A stretch of DNA of 64,000 nt, taken from assembly GCF_006345805.1 (NCBI RefSeq), contig NC_042998.1, positions 131,068,001 through 131,132,000 of the forward strand, in the 5' to 3' direction. This document shows positions 25,901-40,133 of the stretch, in pieces. The stretch is from Octopus sinensis (lineage: Eukaryota). Position numbers and translations under genes: made by a program. The first letter of the stretch is position 1, and each line of letters begins with the position of its first letter. Below the pieces are notes generated by a model that was not told where the DNA came from, did no database searches, and was given only the letters and a program-made list of their open reading frames with translations.

Positions 25901-26794
25901 AAAAGCCGCTCTATCCGACCGCTTTGAAGCTATTATGTATAATACATATACATACACATATATATTTTTTTATACACACAAACACACATATATACATAGA
26001 TATATTTACGAATATATATATATATATGTATGTAAATATATATATATGTATATATGTATACATACATATATATACATATATAAATATACATCTATATATG
26101 TATACATATACGTATATATACATACATATATATGTATGTATGTATGTATCACAAAGCAGAATATATTCCAATGCAAATATCAGCTCACATATTTCGCAAG
26201 ATGCACAATACTTTAAATGTGCCATTGTAAATGCATTATGCTTCAAAGCAATGGAAAAGGCAGATCGTTTTCAAAATAGGACTGTAAAACGAATATTGAA
26301 TTATATATATATCATACATCACACTATTGTATTGATTTTATGCAACACGAGATAAATTGCATCAACCTATGTGACGCAAAGTGACAATCGACTACCTCGT
26401 GTCCCTTCATGAGTGAAAGATACAGGAGGAGGGGTAAGGGAAGGAGATGGTGTGGAAAGCAGTGTGAAATTTCTTTGCGTATTTGAAATCGTTTGCTATT
26501 GCGTGGATATTAATCATAAAAAAATGCAACAATTATGCATTTTCCACTAAACGTTAAGATTTTTCGTGTATGAAAGTGGCATAGCGTTGATTTCTGCTAT
26601 CCATATTAAATCAATGTAACGCAGAGTGTCGAGCAGTCATGTACCTAAAAACAAAATGCTTTTCAACAAAGTTTTCTAAGTGCAACATACAAATAAAGAT
26701 ATATACAAAAGACAGAAATTAATACGCGTCATGATACAAATATTAGTTCATGTAAATAAGTATGTGCATAATATTGGAAAAGGTATTATTACTA

Positions 26795-27163
26795 ACTAGC
26801 ACTATGGCCCGGCGTTGCCGGGTCAGAGTGCTAGTGCATGCATATACAGCTGCGTGCGTGCACACATACACGCGAGTACTGTCCAAATCTCCGACCAACC
26901 ACATACAGCTAGCTGGCATTCAATTGGTGTATCAAGTTTCGGGCATTTTGATTGGGTTTTGGATAGAAAATTCACAAAAAAGTCAATTAATTCTATTGAT
27001 TTTTTAATAGCTTTGCGGGGTGACTAGGGAAATGTAAAGATGTGCACGACCACCCTTGGACGGTTTTGAATGACCATAGAAAGTGCGAGCCCTCTGACTG
27101 ATTAATTGTGGATTTGTATAAAGGACACGACGCAGACATTTTGCCGTTTATATATAGAGAGAT
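26795..27163 (+). mobile_element. Non-autonomous Helitron/Helentron-like element (DINE/HINE type)
   Basis: Starts ACTAG with stem-loop actagcact-atggcccggc-gtt-gccgggtcag-agtgctagt; ends tttatatatagagagat. Confidence 0.55.
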
Positions 27164-27391
27164 GTATTGTGTTACAAATCCTTATACATATAAGTAAGTA
27201 TGAAATCAATTAATCATCGTATCAATGGCCAGCATGCAAAAAACCATATAGGTAAACATTAACATAAATATATAATTATGTCTATAAGGAAAATATATGT
27301 ATATATATAGTGAGAGGCACTTACACAAGGTACTGCTTAATGGGACTAATTCCCAAATCATACGGTTACAGAGAAATATTGTCAACATTCA

Positions 27392-27547
27392 GCGTGGCTG
27401 TGTGGTAAGAAGGTTACTTCCCAACTACATGGTTCTCCTATTCAGTCCCACTACGTGGCACCTTGAGCCAGTGTCTACTACTATAGCCTCGGGCCGACCA
27501 AAGCGTTTTGAGTGGATTTGGTAGAAGGAAATTGAAAGAAGCCGTTA

Positions 27548-27606
<59 letters not shown>

Positions 27607-27613
27607 GTATATG

Positions 27614-27647
<34 letters not shown>

Positions 27648-27848
27648 TGTATGTATGTACGCCTCTGTGTGTGTCTGTTTGCCCCCCCCCCATCGCTTGA
27701 CAGCTGATGTTAGTGTGTTTACGATCCCGTAATCTGGAGGTTCCGCAATAGATATCGATAGAATAAGTACTAGCTATACAAAGAATAAAGGCAGTGTTCC
27801 AGCATGCCCATAGTCAAATGACTGAAACAAGGAAAAGAATAAAAGAAT
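27392..27848 (+). mobile_element. Full-length tRNA-derived SINE with internal (TA)/(TATG) microsatellite
   Basis: Head gtggctgtgtggtaag...ttcagtcccactacgtggcacc; internal microsatellite 27546-27660; tail cagcatgcccatagtcaaatgactgaaacaaggaaaagaataaaagaat, also seen inverted near 22130 and 53790. Confidence 0.85.
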
Positions 27849-28504
27849 TCAGCCATCCTCAGGAAAACCCAAGCCAGTTACGGGTACTTTGTGCAGTTAG
27901 CCAATGCATTAATTTTCCTCATCATGATATACATTACCACTAACATTATGAATGCTATATAAATGCATGTCCTTCCTTCGTTTTAGAGAGAGAGAGAGAG
28001 AGTAAGGTGAGGGGACTAAGAAAAGAAGAAATGGATTTCTATCTTCGATCCCTTATATAAATCTCTTATAATATGTTGAAAACATTCCACTCCAGCAAAG
28101 CGGACCCGTAGCATTGTGTTAACGCTTTTTACTCAAACTATGTACACGTAAGTTATAAATGACCTTACATACAAACTTTCAAATATAAACCTCTTGCCAA
28201 TACGTTTCTTAACTGCCGCCATACTTGAGCAAAAAAAACAATCTAAAAGAGGTCATGTGGTAATATTTACGCACAAAGATAGCTTATTTAGCTGTAAATC
28301 AAAATATATGAGGATGAAATGACCAGATTATGATATGGAGAACGCACGCAGGAGTACGAATGGCACTATTTAAAATATATTAAGTTCCCAAATTATACAC
28401 ATGTAAAAAAACGGATCGATAAACGAACACTGCAGTGAAATGCATGTGGGTATGTTTGAGTGAATGGTTGCATGTATAAATGTATTGTTTATATAACTAT
28501 GTAC

Positions 28505-28521
28505 ACACATAGACTCCGCGT

Positions 28522-28584
<63 letters not shown>

Positions 28585-28602
28585 TATATATATATATATA
28601 TG

Positions 28603-28688
<86 letters not shown>

Positions 28689-28865
28689 TATATATATATG
28701 TTATATATATATATATATAATATAATGTATATATAATATATATATAATATTATATATATATATATAACACATGGAATGTTGAAAATAAGTGGTCCCACAC
28801 AGAAAAACACGCAGAGAGGCAGGCGAACAGGTAAAAATAGTGTGTAAAATAGAAAGTGTGTGTGC

Positions 28866-28911
<46 letters not shown>

Positions 28912-29146
28912 GAGAGAGAGAGAGAGAGAGGGGGGGAGAGAAATGAGAGAGAGAAAGAGAAGAGAGAAAGAATCTGAAATGGAAGTAGCACTAAATGACT
29001 GTCATTGTCATTGTTTATATACAAAAGCAACAAAAGAACATTCTTGAATATAAAATATAAAAGACTAAAAGAGTTGCAGAAAAAAAATCTACGCATGAAA
29101 ACAGAAAGACTAATAAAACAACGTGCATATATATCTATCTATCCAT

Positions 29147-29190
<44 letters not shown>

Positions 29191-29254
29191 GAATACATAT
29201 GCGCACATGTGTGTATATTTACACAAATATAACGTATATAATTTACAGTTATGC

Positions 29255-29294
<40 letters not shown>

Positions 29295-29561
29295 TAGATA
29301 GATAGATATATATATTATTTTTTTTTATGTAGATATATGATATATAAGTGCGTTATGTCAATATATATATATATATATATCATGTACGTATATTCATACA
29401 TTTTTTGCATGTCATCTATGAATACTCATCCTGATGCATGTACATGGATATATATTTACCTAAATATATATGTGTGTGCATGCATATATACATACATATA
29501 TATATGTATGTATACACACACACATATATATATAGGTAAATATATATCCATGTACATATAC

Positions 29562-29630
<69 letters not shown>

Positions 29631-30005
29631 CACGCACATATATATATATATGATGCATATGTCCGTGGTATCTGTTTTTATAAATATATATACATTTGTA
29701 TGTGTGTGCCTATATATACATGCATACATAGTCAAAGTACTTCAGTGGCTCCTATCTCGGCAATAAATCCTTTCCTAACATTTATCTTATGTAAAGCGGG
29801 TGCACTAGAAGATGGTTTCCAGTTTTATTGTCTGATGCAACTCAGCGATTGCAAAAGGTTTTCTGATCTAAGTATATATGAAAAAGATGAATGTTGCCTT
29901 TGAAGTAAGTGCAATGAGATACATATAGTATGCTGAATAAAGACGCTTGAAGGTAGATTTAATGCCTATACGTATATGTGTGCGTGTGGATATATAATAT
30001 ATATA

Positions 30006-30055
<50 letters not shown>

Positions 30056-30087
30056 TATATATATACATATATATATGTATATATATG

Positions 30088-30119
<32 letters not shown>

Positions 30120-30150
30120 TAGTATATATATATATATATTATATATATAT

Positions 30151-30183
<33 letters not shown>

Positions 30184-30185
30184 GA
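28505..30185. repeat. Cluster of (TA)n, (GA)n and (GATA)n microsatellites
   Basis: Directly visible runs separated by short unique spacers. Confidence 0.9.
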
Positions 30186-30653
30186 ATGCGTATGCGTATG
30201 TGTATATATGTGTGTCTTTGCCTCAGTATGTGTGTGTTTGTGTGTCTTGGAGTCAAGGAAGATGTAAATGCAAGGTCCAAAGAGGAAGAGGGAGATACCT
30301 TATGGAATAGATTCTTTAAATGTAGAAGAGAATATGTGAAACAATTTCTAAGCACATTGCAACCTTTAGTGCATTCAGTTCTGCCTCAGTGCTTATATCT
30401 ATATTGCGGCAGAAAACTGTTATTATTGTATGTAAAATATACATTTTATTTATCTATAGCACAGAGCAATAGAAGCGTTGAAGCGACAAAGAAAAGTGCT
30501 TTGCTGAATTCAGTTCCGTTGATTTTCTTCCTGAGTTCAGATTCAGATATTTTGGAGATTGCTTTTGCGCTTAATATTTCCAAAGGTATTTAGCTAAGTA
30601 CCAGTCAAGTACGGAGTCTATAAGATCGATTACGCGTCTTGCAAAATAGATAG

Positions 30654-30708
<55 letters not shown>

Positions 30709-31825
30709 TATATATATATATATACAGATAGATAGATAGATAGACAGAGAAACAAGCAGACAGACAGACAGACGGATAGGCAGACCGACAGACAGATAGA
30801 CAGATAAAATTAACGTCCCGAAAGTAAATTCAGAATTCAAGATCTGCGTTGAATGCTGTGTCTGATAATTTAGGCAGGAAATTTTTAATGTGAAAATTTT
30901 TTCATTCATTTTCAGTTAAAGAGAGGGATTAAAACCTATGCGTGACACACATACACACACGCGCGCACACACGCACACACACACACACGCACGCATGCAT
31001 GCACACACATACTGGCAGAAAAAGAGACAAACAGACAGAAAGGCAGACAGAGAGAGAGAGAAAGAAATAGTTAAAAAGAGAGTGATAGAGAGCCTCGCTT
31101 TTGTCATAAATATTTCCGCATTGCAACAGAGAAATTTAGAAACTGATAGAATTGATGGCCTGGGGTATTTGATGGTGTTTTTGGCAAATATAGTTATGGG
31201 GGTTGAGCTGACCCTAGAGATAACGTTGGCCCTGACCGGTGGCTATAGAATCTAGCTAGTGAATTTAAAACGCCGACATGAACTCGAAATGACCTTTAAA
31301 GGTCAACATATTTGATTGATACTAATTGATGTGAGGTATTCTTCTGTGTGAAACGTGTTTACATTTCTGTTTATTCGCATTTGTAAAGTAATTTCTATGT
31401 CTGTGTAGTTATAATTGTATCTGTTACTCTTAAATGTGTACATGTAATTAAGAAGCGAGTATCTATACATACACACACATGTACATATGTTTGTGAGCGT
31501 ATATGTATTTGTGAATATACTAATACAAACATATCCGTATATTTATAAATGTGTGTGTGTATGCCTGTGCGTGCGTGCGTGTATGTGTGTATCTGTGTGT
31601 GTGTGTGCGCGTATGCATGTATGTGTACACACACACATATCAAATGGATGTCACATAAAACTATTCCGCCATACCAACCTAACACACGACCATCAACAGC
31701 TGCCCCATCGATATCACTATGGTTTCGACACCTGGGCAATACCATATATGCATACATACATATATATATATATATATGTCTCTAATTAATATTATATATA
31801 TATGTCTCTATTAATATTAATATAT

Positions 31826-31867
<42 letters not shown>

Positions 31868-31904
31868 TAAATATATATAGATAAATATATATATATATAC
31901 GTGT

Positions 31905-31956
<52 letters not shown>

Positions 31957-32639
31957 TAAGGACGAGCCCCTACCAGGAAGTCAACCAAGCAGAACGCGGA
32001 ATTTAACCAAACCAAAAATAGGTTGTCCGAAACGAAAAATATTCCTGATCAGAGGAAAGTGACGTCACGAAACCTACAACCAATAAGAACCTATTCCTTG
32101 ACCATGGTCGTCCCCAAGAAGCCAATCAAACAAAGCACTAAACTTCGCCAAAACAAACATATATTTTTGAACCAAACTATCCACTAGAAAAGAATAAGAC
32201 TTCATTAAAATTATAACAAATCAAAAATTAGACCCTTTCCTGTAAACGCGTATATATACTAAATGATTGAACACAAAATAACTTCCGATTCCATCAAGCC
32301 TTGAAAGGTGAAGAGATCAGTGAACTGGAAGTGAAATTGAAAGAAAAAATAACTATATGCACCACGACAAATTGTAAAAATCAAACTTATTTTCTCCCTC
32401 TCTCTTTTTCTTTCTTCACAAATGTTTTAGAAACTCAATTTTTACTGAACTTTCAATAATGTACATTTGTTATGATCTTCACCGAACGTTTACATTGATA
32501 TTATCGATCCCTGTGAAACGCAGTGAAATTTCTGTGAACATTTGAACACTAGATGGTTTAAACATGTATGTCCAATGTTTACCTTGCAATGTTAAACTCT
32601 CCTAATCCCCTCGTTTATATATATATATATATATACTTC

Positions 32640-32679
32640 TACCATTCATAAGCAAGAAATTGCCGAAACGCATTTGGTA
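32640..32679 (+). ncRNA. Decayed type-I hammerhead-like motif
   Basis: TACCA TTCATAA GCAA GAAA TTGCC GAA ACGCAT T TGGTA; stems I and II still pair, core differs from CTGATGA at 3 positions. Confidence 0.4.
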
Positions 32680-32832
32680 TGTAGATATGTCTATTTAAAA
32701 AAGTGTACACGTTTTTCAGATTCACATGCAGTTTCAAACCCCAAAACAATTTCTCCTATATATGTATATACATTTATATAGGCACATATATTCGAATATA
32801 CATACATACATACATACACACATATATATATA

Positions 32833-32865
<33 letters not shown>

Positions 32866-32898
32866 CATACATCAAAATAAGTAACAAGAATGACTCCG

Positions 32899-32984
32899 GT
32901 AATTTGCTACGATCGTTTCGTACTACATCATTTTATTAAGTATTACAACAGATTTAAGATGCTGAGTACTCATCAGCCAATTAT
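32899..32984 (-). ncRNA. Type-I hammerhead ribozyme candidate with intact core
   Basis: Minus: AATAATTGG CTGATGA GTACT..GCATC...GATGT AGTAC GAA ACGATCGT A GCAAATTA; G10.1-C11.1, palindromic stem III, GUA triplet; predicted cut between 32908 and 32907; first stem I pair mismatched. Confidence 0.7.
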
Positions 32985-33119
32985 TGAGGTTTTCTATTAA
33001 TACAAAAATTTTCAAATCAAGTGGCAACATTATAGAGAAGGAAGATATACAGACAAAGATGTGGATTTAAACTTTAAGAACATATGATGTTATTGGGATA
33101 TTTACTTTATCAAAGAGCA

Positions 33120-33720
33120 AAGAACATTCTTCGCGTACGTGGTTTTACTTTGATGAGGAAAACCTTCGACCAAGACCAAAAGTCCAACAGGAGAAATGAC
33201 AGAATTATGTACAAATGATTTTGGCGTCTTACTAAGTTTCTTGTAGGCGTGATGGTTTCAATAGTTATGAATAACATTGGTCATGTCATGTCACATCACA
33301 CATTTTCACACGGTTTTAGAATTAATGATGTTGGAAACATTGAAGTGCTGGAGACAGTTGTAAGCCACTGGATAGATGTAATACGCAGTGCAAAACTGCG
33401 TATTTCAATAATACACAGCATCTTCTCACAAAGCCCACGTAGCCCAAGGAAAGATATGGGACAATCTTTCCCATCACGTAACACCAAACTTGTGACCTCG
33501 AAACACGTCAAATTTAGATTTTATGAACAATTGCATTTAGAATGTTATTGAAAAGAAGGCTAACAGACATCTCAATACCACAGCTTCCCTGAAAGCCGTC
33601 ATATTCATGTAATATGCGAAATAAACAAAGACATTTTAGAGCAAGCGTGTCAACAATTCCGGTCCTCCATTGAAGCCGCCAAGAAACTAAATACAGATCT
33701 ATAAATAATCTTGTAAGGAA
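33120..33720 (+). mobile_element. Tc1/mariner transposase pseudogene fragment (spacing compatible with DD37D/maT)
   Basis: gatgaggaaaaccttcgaccaagacc (DEK.FDQD region), HVM..H.FSHGFRIN...IEVLETVVSHW, SHKAH...VTPNL*PRNTSNLDF; catalytic residues decayed, 37 residues between expected positions. Confidence 0.75.
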
Positions 33721-35125
33721 ACTTGTCAAATCCATATGCACAACATATCATGAAAATACATTTGGTTTATGCTAGTTTAGGAGTTGCTTTACTCTGTTAC
33801 CAAATATGACCTCAAATACCCCTTGCACCTTGTATATAACAAAGTCGTAGTATCTGGGGGATTGCATACACCTGTGGGAGTAAAAATGTGTGTTTATCGG
33901 TAATAAGAATGATACATGGACACAGTATCAGATGGAAAATATGGACGTATGTTTTTATTCTCCTTCATTTAATTAACATCATAATGTTATTTTTTTTAAA
34001 TTCTTTTTTACAGATGTCATATTTGCATAACTATATAGTTGCATTGTGTATTATGAAATGAGTTTCTTTAGTTCTTTATGCTTTCATTAGGTTCTATAAA
34101 TGTCTCTTTAGTTCTTTATGCTTTCTTTAGCAATATATACTTCTATATAAATAGTTGTTTTTTCGAATAACTTTCCAAAATAGGCAATCCATTTTTTTTT
34201 TTGTCACTGTCTCTTCCATTCTTCTATTACACCCATTTAGATTAACTTCAAATATTTTCTTCTCCTTTGTTTCATTCCACTTTATTCATACTAACTCAGC
34301 CGCCCTACCGTTCTTATAAATATACGAACTATTCTTGTCATAATATACTCTAAATCTATGTTCTACTATCTACTGGAATACTACACAGTTGGTGTATAAT
34401 GGATAGGAATGGTAATTATGAATGTATAGTACCTGGCTATTATGTTTCGTTTCGTTTTTCACTTTAACTAAACTTAACTAATACTTATTTTTATACACAT
34501 TCCACTTTTAGTTTATCAGCAACATCCCCTTAAATCACACGTTTATACATGTGTATGCATATATATATATATATATATATAGTTACGGTATATTCTGTTT
34601 AGAACGTAGTAGAGTGCAGTACAAAGCTCATCCACCATCAGATTTCACCCTGTTCTATCCAGTAGTAGTTTTATACGTACTACCAGATTTGCACTTGGGC
34701 TTTTGTCGTGTGTGAATAGATAATTGAAAAAATTGGAGTCAACAAGGAGTAGGGTTGGACATTTATATCTATATCTTTCTCATCGTCTTTAAGTTTCCAG
34801 ATTAAAGTCGAAAGGATTGTTAAATATCTCTTATCACAGTACTTAAAATTCAAAAGATCGTTGTTATATCTAGATTTAGATTTTTCTTGAGAGGCTGTAT
34901 CTATTAAAAAACTTGAGAACCTCCAATGAGTATATAAATTCAAAGAACAAATTTTCTTTATGTCTACATTTCGGGAAATGCATCTTGTTGGAATTTTAAA
35001 AGAACTCAATGAACACTAAGTAAACCGTTAAAATCTGGTTGAATTCTGCTTGAAACCGAATTATGTTAATGTTGGTTATCTCCCTTGTGTTCTACTTTTT
35101 GTGTTTTGGGATATATTTTATCATT

Positions 35126-35223
35126 CCTGAAAGAATGAAAGCCAAAGGCGGAACTTGAAGTCAGACCATTAAGACGGACGTAGGCATTTTGTTCGATGTG
35201 CCAATGATTCTGTCAGCTCACCA
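35126..35223 (-). mobile_element. SINE 5' fragment (gagctggcagaa family)
   Basis: Reverse complement ggtgagctgacagaatcattggcacatcg...gacttcaagttccgcc. Confidence 0.6.
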
Positions 35224-37045
35224 AACACACGCGCGCGCGCATATATATATTAACGCTTGTTTTTATGTCGATTTATATATTAAAAATCTGTGAAATGAAT
35301 AGAATTATTTAGAACCATTTTATGCTGTTCAGCGTTCCACTTAATGCAAATATAATTCCTCGGCATACATAAAACCCGAAGTGATTCCCTCCCACTTTTT
35401 CCTATGGGGATTCATCCCCATATAGAAAACAACATTAAACTGAAGGATTACTCAATACTTTTTAGTGGAGTAGATATTTCTTAAAATTTTACAAGCGGTA
35501 TGGTGTTTCGAACATCTAGCCTTCCTCATATAAGCTTACTGTCTTCAATATTGTGATACGTCCATTAAAATACATTCTCACACGCAATCACAATACTCTC
35601 ACCTGCATACTTAATCGCACACTGAACATATATATATAAAGATTGCCTTTCCTAGCATTTGCATTGACCACCGTTTTACATGCCATAAGGACATAAATAT
35701 TAGCAACAGACCTGCAATTAGAGCTGACGTTTACAAATACCCTAAAACACACATCTATTTTAATAGGTAGTCAATTTTGTAATAATATACATCGATAACA
35801 CATCCCAAACAATCAAGTAATAAATATATGCTTTGTGTAAATTATTTTCCGTAACCCTAAAGCTATCACATCATAAATCTATATCTGGTTCCCTAACATT
35901 AATTCTTCTAATAGAGACACCCATTATTTTATTAGCTTACACGCCATAACAGTCATTATGTCATATTCTCATGACTCTCAAATTATCTACCATTTGCATT
36001 CGTATAATAGTTTACTTTACACACCTTTTTACATAATCTATTTTACCGCAAACCCACTGATTATCTTTTATGTATTACCCGCTCTTTTTTCATCGCTGAT
36101 CTTTAACATTTCTACCTTTCCTTAGATTAAATTACTTAATTTAATTTATGGTAAAAGCCTCGATATTCTTAATAAATTAATATTTATTCTAAACATTAAC
36201 CTCTTGTTCAGTTTATCACTCACCCTTACCGCTTACCACTTACAAAAATTGCCGAATAATTTAGATTGTCACAAAAAATATAACAGGCGTCATAAATTAT
36301 ATAAATCTCGTAAGTTACAAACTCTAATCTATTGTACTGGAATATATAGCCTCACTCACCAAACCATATTGCATTTTAGTACTACTTCTATCGAAATTTT
36401 AACGCAAGTGTAGAATAAATCTCAATTTGAATTTATCTGTTGCTCGTTTATTTTACTTCTCCATTACTTCAAAGGAATTATGAACACCTCTCTTCACTTC
36501 TACCTAAACAATTTCCCGATACTTTCATTCCACTTGTTTTTCATTTTACACACCATTCTCAAGTTCCATCTCGACGTTTAACTTCTCTGTATAGTTATAG
36601 CAATCTTGTTCGAACGTGTATAATTCATTCAAATATTTCAAATGTGTAAACAAAAAAGCCTATAAATAATTATACTCTTAATAATTTTTGTCTTAATCAT
36701 GAACGTTCTCACATATAAGCCTTCCACAACACTCAATATTTCCTTATAAACGCTGCATAATTGACATCGATATATTTCTTTCTTTTCTTCTCCATCGATG
36801 TTCTCTTTCTACCTTCTCACAACAAACCAATGCCTGGTTTCACACGATTACTCAATTAGTATGGTTTGAAAACCTAATATTCTGGTTTACTTTTTAACGT
36901 AAACATTAGCTGTTCAAAATGTTTTCTTTTATCACAAAGAGTAGATATAACTCCATGGCTTCTCTACACTCTCTCGCATTTACTTTACTGCTACGCTTTT
37001 TTATAGTCATAATATACATGCGCATTTATTTTACTTCCCAAATAC

Positions 37046-37108
<63 letters not shown>

Positions 37109-39581
37109 ACACTCTCACACACACACACAAACATTCACACATTTTATATGGTACATAAGTGATCCATACTGCCAGTGTTTAATCATCAGTGAGTTTGTCT
37201 TTCTGAAGTTGTTGTTTAAGATCAAATTCATCCTGCTGGAACTGTTTTATGATGATATCTCAGCGTTAACAATCCTATTTTTGTATAGCTGGGTCTGTCT
37301 TGACTAAAGATTATTTCTATATTTAAAAAGGTAGGTTGTAAAATGACAAAAGCTGGGCTGTTTTCTATCAGGACAAGAAACTGCGTAGAGACTGCCTTAT
37401 TGAGCTTAAAATTAATGAAAGTTACAGATATCACTTCGTTGCTGATAACCCCTGAGGTTCGAAGGGTTTTTGAGGTGTCTCCTGAGTTTTAATTTATTCG
37501 TAAACTTATTGGAAAGGAGCAAACTAGGGAGAATATTCGAAATCTTTCGATCTATTGAAAATAAATTATTAAAGTGGCGCTGAAAATGGAAAATTTCACA
37601 CAATTGTTGAAGAAAGTGAATTGTATGGCTCAGGGATAAATAGTCGATAAAACAGGCAAATATCTTTTATGGGTAATTCAGTATGTTCTCATGTATATAT
37701 AATTTCGATTAAGTAAGCACCACACTGCAAAATATTAACTATGATAGATCAGTGTCCGAGACAAGAAAAGAACATTATTCTCATAATAAGATAAACATCG
37801 ACCCTCGTGGAATGTCATATTTGAAAGAATAATTACCTTATTTTATATGTAAGATTGTGTTGGCAGGGTGAACATGGGTACAGACTCATCCACTGAGGTA
37901 TTTACTTAGGGTGTGCTTTGATCAGTTGCTCTTAGTTAAATAAATAAACGCATATCAGCTCAGTACATGAATTCGTCTATTGCAAGTAGTATTCTCACGA
38001 ATCGTTGCATATTTATTTTCATCTTTAAGGTGAATTATCTTGCTCAGAGATATAATACAACGCGTGTAGTTTGTCAAATACATTCGTCTTTACTCACTAG
38101 TTATTGTGTGTTGTATAAAAAAAACTTGAGATTCTTGATTCTGCTAAATAGTACCAAGTCTGCCTGTATTTGATAGTCGATTAAAAACATTGGTGAGATT
38201 TGTCTGAAATATTTTCGAAACAGAGATTACGTCTTCTTACAAATAGAATTTCTTTACTCACATTTGTTTTTTATATTAGTCATGTTGTAAATATTTGCCA
38301 AGAATCTTATGAAGTGAAATGCAAAACAATTTTGTCAGGGAAAGGGAACAAAATCTTACATTTATTTTAAGCAGTTGATCGTTTGAAAAAAGGACAGTAC
38401 CAATGAACTTTGCAGGGACGCTCAGACTGCAGTTAATACTCATCTTGAATATCCGGGGTGGAATGGGGGTTTCATTATCAGCTGTTAAACGTGAGCCAGG
38501 GGTTTGCATTTCTCAAATGTATCACTCCCTCCAAACAAGTATTCTAATGAGTTGGAAAATGGAAAAGTCAAATGTATGAAAGAAAATAGAAACAGAATTG
38601 ACAGTCATTCGATTTATTCAGTTCTATTTTGTTTCTGTTTTAAGATTGTTGTTTGTGTCTTGCATTCTTCAATTAAATCTGTTTCATCAAGAAAAACTAC
38701 CATCTTTTTATATTTTCATCTTATATTAAATTTAATAACATCTGCTTAACTACAGATTGAAAATACTTTTTTCTAATAGCTAAATTGCTTTAAATAACTG
38801 CAGACCCATTTAAAGCGTGGAAGCCATCTGTTTCTTACACACATACTACTGTTTCCATCCATTTGTTGTTATTGTTGTGGTTATTGTGGTGGTGGTGGTT
38901 ACTCTTGCTACTGCTAATGTTGCTGTTCGTATTTTGATTTTTCTCTTATGCAAGTGTCTCTTCAACTTTTCCTTCACCATGAAATACACGAAGGTGTATC
39001 TCATTGGAATTAATAATTTGATGGGGTCTATGTGCCTTCAGCAATCCATTATTAATACCATCCCTCATCACAAACAGCACAATCCCTGATTACCACAATC
39101 ACTATGGTCTAATCGATACAATTTTCTAATACTTACTAAAAACCACAATTTGAACGTCCGTGGAATCATATACATGTCATCTTCTCAATGTTAGTTTAAT
39201 TACTATTCACAAGTTCTATGTAAATTATTGTACAATCAACGCCTGAAACTATTTTCGTACTTGAATACATCTCAACCATGTCTGTTTGGTAATTTTCTCT
39301 GAGTCGATTCTCACACTGAAATAAATCAGAGGAGTAAACGATAAACTTAATCTAAATACTAATTAATGATAAGTGGTTTGAAAGATACGGACTCACTTAA
39401 TAACGCACACATGCACACGCCACACACACACAGAGTTGCCAAACATCTTCAGTAACTCTAATATGCAATAGTACTCTACTGGAAACAGTACTTTTCGATT
39501 ATATATGAATATGTGTGTGTGTGTGTGTAAAGATTAATAAGAGTGGCTTCATAATTTTGCCACTCTAATAGTGATATACGT

Positions 39582-39647
<66 letters not shown>

Positions 39648-39732
39648 CTTCAGATTTACAGAAAATAAAAAGCGAAGACAGGTGTAGGAACAACAAGCAG
39701 GTGTATTAGATTGACGCTCGGAAAGAACGAAG

Positions 39733-39760
39733 CCTTTGACGTTTCGAGCCGACAAGAGAA
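39733..39760 (-). ncRNA. Partial hammerhead-like motif (5' core deleted)
   Basis: Minus: ...GTCG GCTC GAA ACGT C AAAGG; same repeat family as 9141-9179, canonical GUC triplet. Confidence 0.4.
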
Positions 39761-40133
39761 ATGTTTGAGAGAGGAAAAATACTTGCATATATTCGTACTT
39801 GCATACATATTAACTATGTCTGCGTGTGTGTGTGTTATTAAGAGAGAAAAATGTGTAGGGATTACCGGTTCAACATCTGTGTGCACATATATATATATAT
39901 ATATATATACGTATATAAAGTAAAGGCTCTTCTGAAGGGATTCTGTTACTGTTTTTTTAGCCCCAAGAAACATCGTTTCTAGCTGGCTGTACGACACATT
40001 ATCCGTGTCCTTATATTTTCGAAGAGTGAGTTCAGCAACCCGCAATAGCTGCTTGGCCAGATGGTGTTGCTGAACTCACCGTTCGATTATATAGTTTTCA
40101 AAGTGACATACAGTCACTAATCTAAAAATAGAA

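Noticed and set aside
30240-30330. EDVNARSKEEEGDTLW, ankyrin-like start
   Set aside because: No TPLH motif or helix pattern, no splice support
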